A stretch of DNA of 64,000 nucleotides from Eledone cirrhosa (Eukaryota): contig OZ024741.1 of assembly GCA_964016885.1 (NCBI GenBank), positions 164,796,001 through 164,860,000 on the forward strand. Direction: 5' to 3'. The translations under genes and the position numbers were made by a program. Position 1 is the first letter of the stretch, and each line of letters opens with the position of its first letter. Under the pieces are notes generated by a model that saw nothing but the letters and a program-made list of their open reading frames with translations, was not told the DNA's origin and did not search any database. Below, one piece after another: positions 62,511-64,000 of this stretch.

Positions 62511-64000
62511 CCACTGTAAAGTGGTCGTGTAGGTGACACGGCAAAAAGCACCCAGTCCACACTGTAAAGTGGTCGTGTAAGAGACACAACAAAAAGCACC
62601 CAGTCCACACTGTAAAGTGGTCGTGTAAAAGACACAACAAAAAGCACCCAGTCCACACTGTAAAGTGGTCGTGTAAGAGACACAACAAAAAGCACCCAGT
62701 CCATACTGTAAAGTGGTCGTGTAGGTGACACAACAAAAAGCACCCAGTCCACACTGTAAAGTGGTCGTGTAAGAGACACAACAAAAAGCACCCAGTCCAC
62801 ACTGTAAAGTGGTCGTGTAAGAGACACAACAAAAAGCACCCAGTCCACACTGTAAAGTGGTCGTGTAGGTGACACAACAAAAAGCACCCAGTCCACACTG
62901 TAAAGTGGTCGTGTAGGTGACACAACAAAAAGCACCCAGTCCACACTGTAAAGTGGTCGTGTAGGTGACACAACAAAAAGCACCCAGTCCACACTGTAAA
63001 GTGGTCGTGTAGGTGACACAACAAAAAGCACCCAGTCCACACTGTAAAGTGGTCGTGTAAGAGACACAACAAAAAGCACCCAGTCCACACTGTAAAGTGG
63101 TCGTGTAAGAGACACAACAAAAAGCACCCAGTCCATACTGTAAAGTGGTTGTGTAGGTGACACGGCAAAAAGCACCCAGTCCACACTGTAAAGTGGTTGT
63201 GTAAGAGACACAACAAAAAGCACCCAGTCCACACTGTAAAGTGGTCATGTAAGAGACACAACAAAAATCACCCAGTCCACACTGTAAAGTGGTCGTGTAG
63301 GAGACACAACAAAAAGCACCCAGTCCACACTGTAAAGTGGTCGTGTGGGAGACACAACAAAAAGCACCCAGTCCACACTGTAAAGTGGTCGTGTGGGAGA
63401 CACAACAAAAAGCACCCAGTCCACACTGTAAAGTGGTCGTGTAGGTGACACAGCAAAAAGCACCCAGTCCACACTGTAAAGTGGTCGTGTAGGTGACACA
63501 ACAAAAAGCACCCAGTCCACACTGTAAAGTGGTCGTGTAGGTGACACAACAAAAAGCACCCAGTCCACACTGTAAAGTGGTCGTGTGGGAGACACAACAA
63601 AAAGCACCCAGTCCACACTGTAAAGTGGTCGTGTGGGAGACACAACAAAAAGCACCCAGTCCACACTGTAAAGTGGTCGTGTAAGAGACACAACAAAAAG
63701 CACCCAGTCCACACTGTAAAGTGGTCGTGTGGGAGACACAACAAAAAGCACCCAGTCCACACTGTAAAGTGGTCGTGTAAGAGACACAACAAAAAGCACC
63801 CAGTCCACACTGTAAAGTGGTCGTGTAGGTGACACAGCAAAAAGCACCCAGTCCACACTGTAAAGTGGTCGTGTAGGTGACACAACAAAAAGCACCCAGT
63901 CCACACTGTAAAGTGGTCGTGTAGGTGACACAACAAAAAGCACCCAGTCCACACTGTAAAGTGGTCATGTGGGAGACACAACAAAAAGCACCCAGTCCAC
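62510..64000 (+). repeat. 48-bp tandem array (at least 31 units, runs off the window) expanded from the RTE 3' UTR repeat
   Basis: Unit cagtccacactgtaaagtggtcgtgt(aggtg/aagag/gggag)acacaacaaaaagcacc; 16-aa periodicity in the overlapping ORFs. Confidence 0.97.

Noticed and set aside
62510-64000. CRISPR-like array, or Cys-rich repeat proteins (ORFs of 503, 278, 257, 238 and 235 aa)
   Set aside because: No unique spacers and no cas genes; the ORFs arise because the 48-bp unit is a multiple of 3 and lacks stops on the minus strand

Overview
AT-rich, microsatellite-dense eukaryotic DNA, most likely an octopod cephalopod (inferred from the repeat landscape, not verified). Almost everything recognisable is transposon-derived: a 5'-truncated but frame-intact RTE LINE (RT plus PHD finger) with many 3'-end copies, fragments of CR1, R4/Dong-like, CRE-like and possibly Tx1/L1-like LINEs, two abundant tRNA-derived SINE groups, piggyBac-, Tc1/mariner-, Tc2- and hAT-type MITEs, several minisatellites and many fold-back palindromes. 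The most notable signal is a set of hand-folded type I hammerhead ribozyme (HHR) motifs from about four unrelated non-coding repeat families. One sits in a young 1.5-copy tandem (A-B-A) of a ~490-bp monomer inserted in (TA)n, the architecture expected of a retrozyme or Penelope pseudo-LTR. A possible minus-strand host gene (candidate exon 45227-45595 plus strong splice signals) may span much of the window. Most short ORFs in the track are microsatellite artefacts. All folding and homology calls were made by eye.
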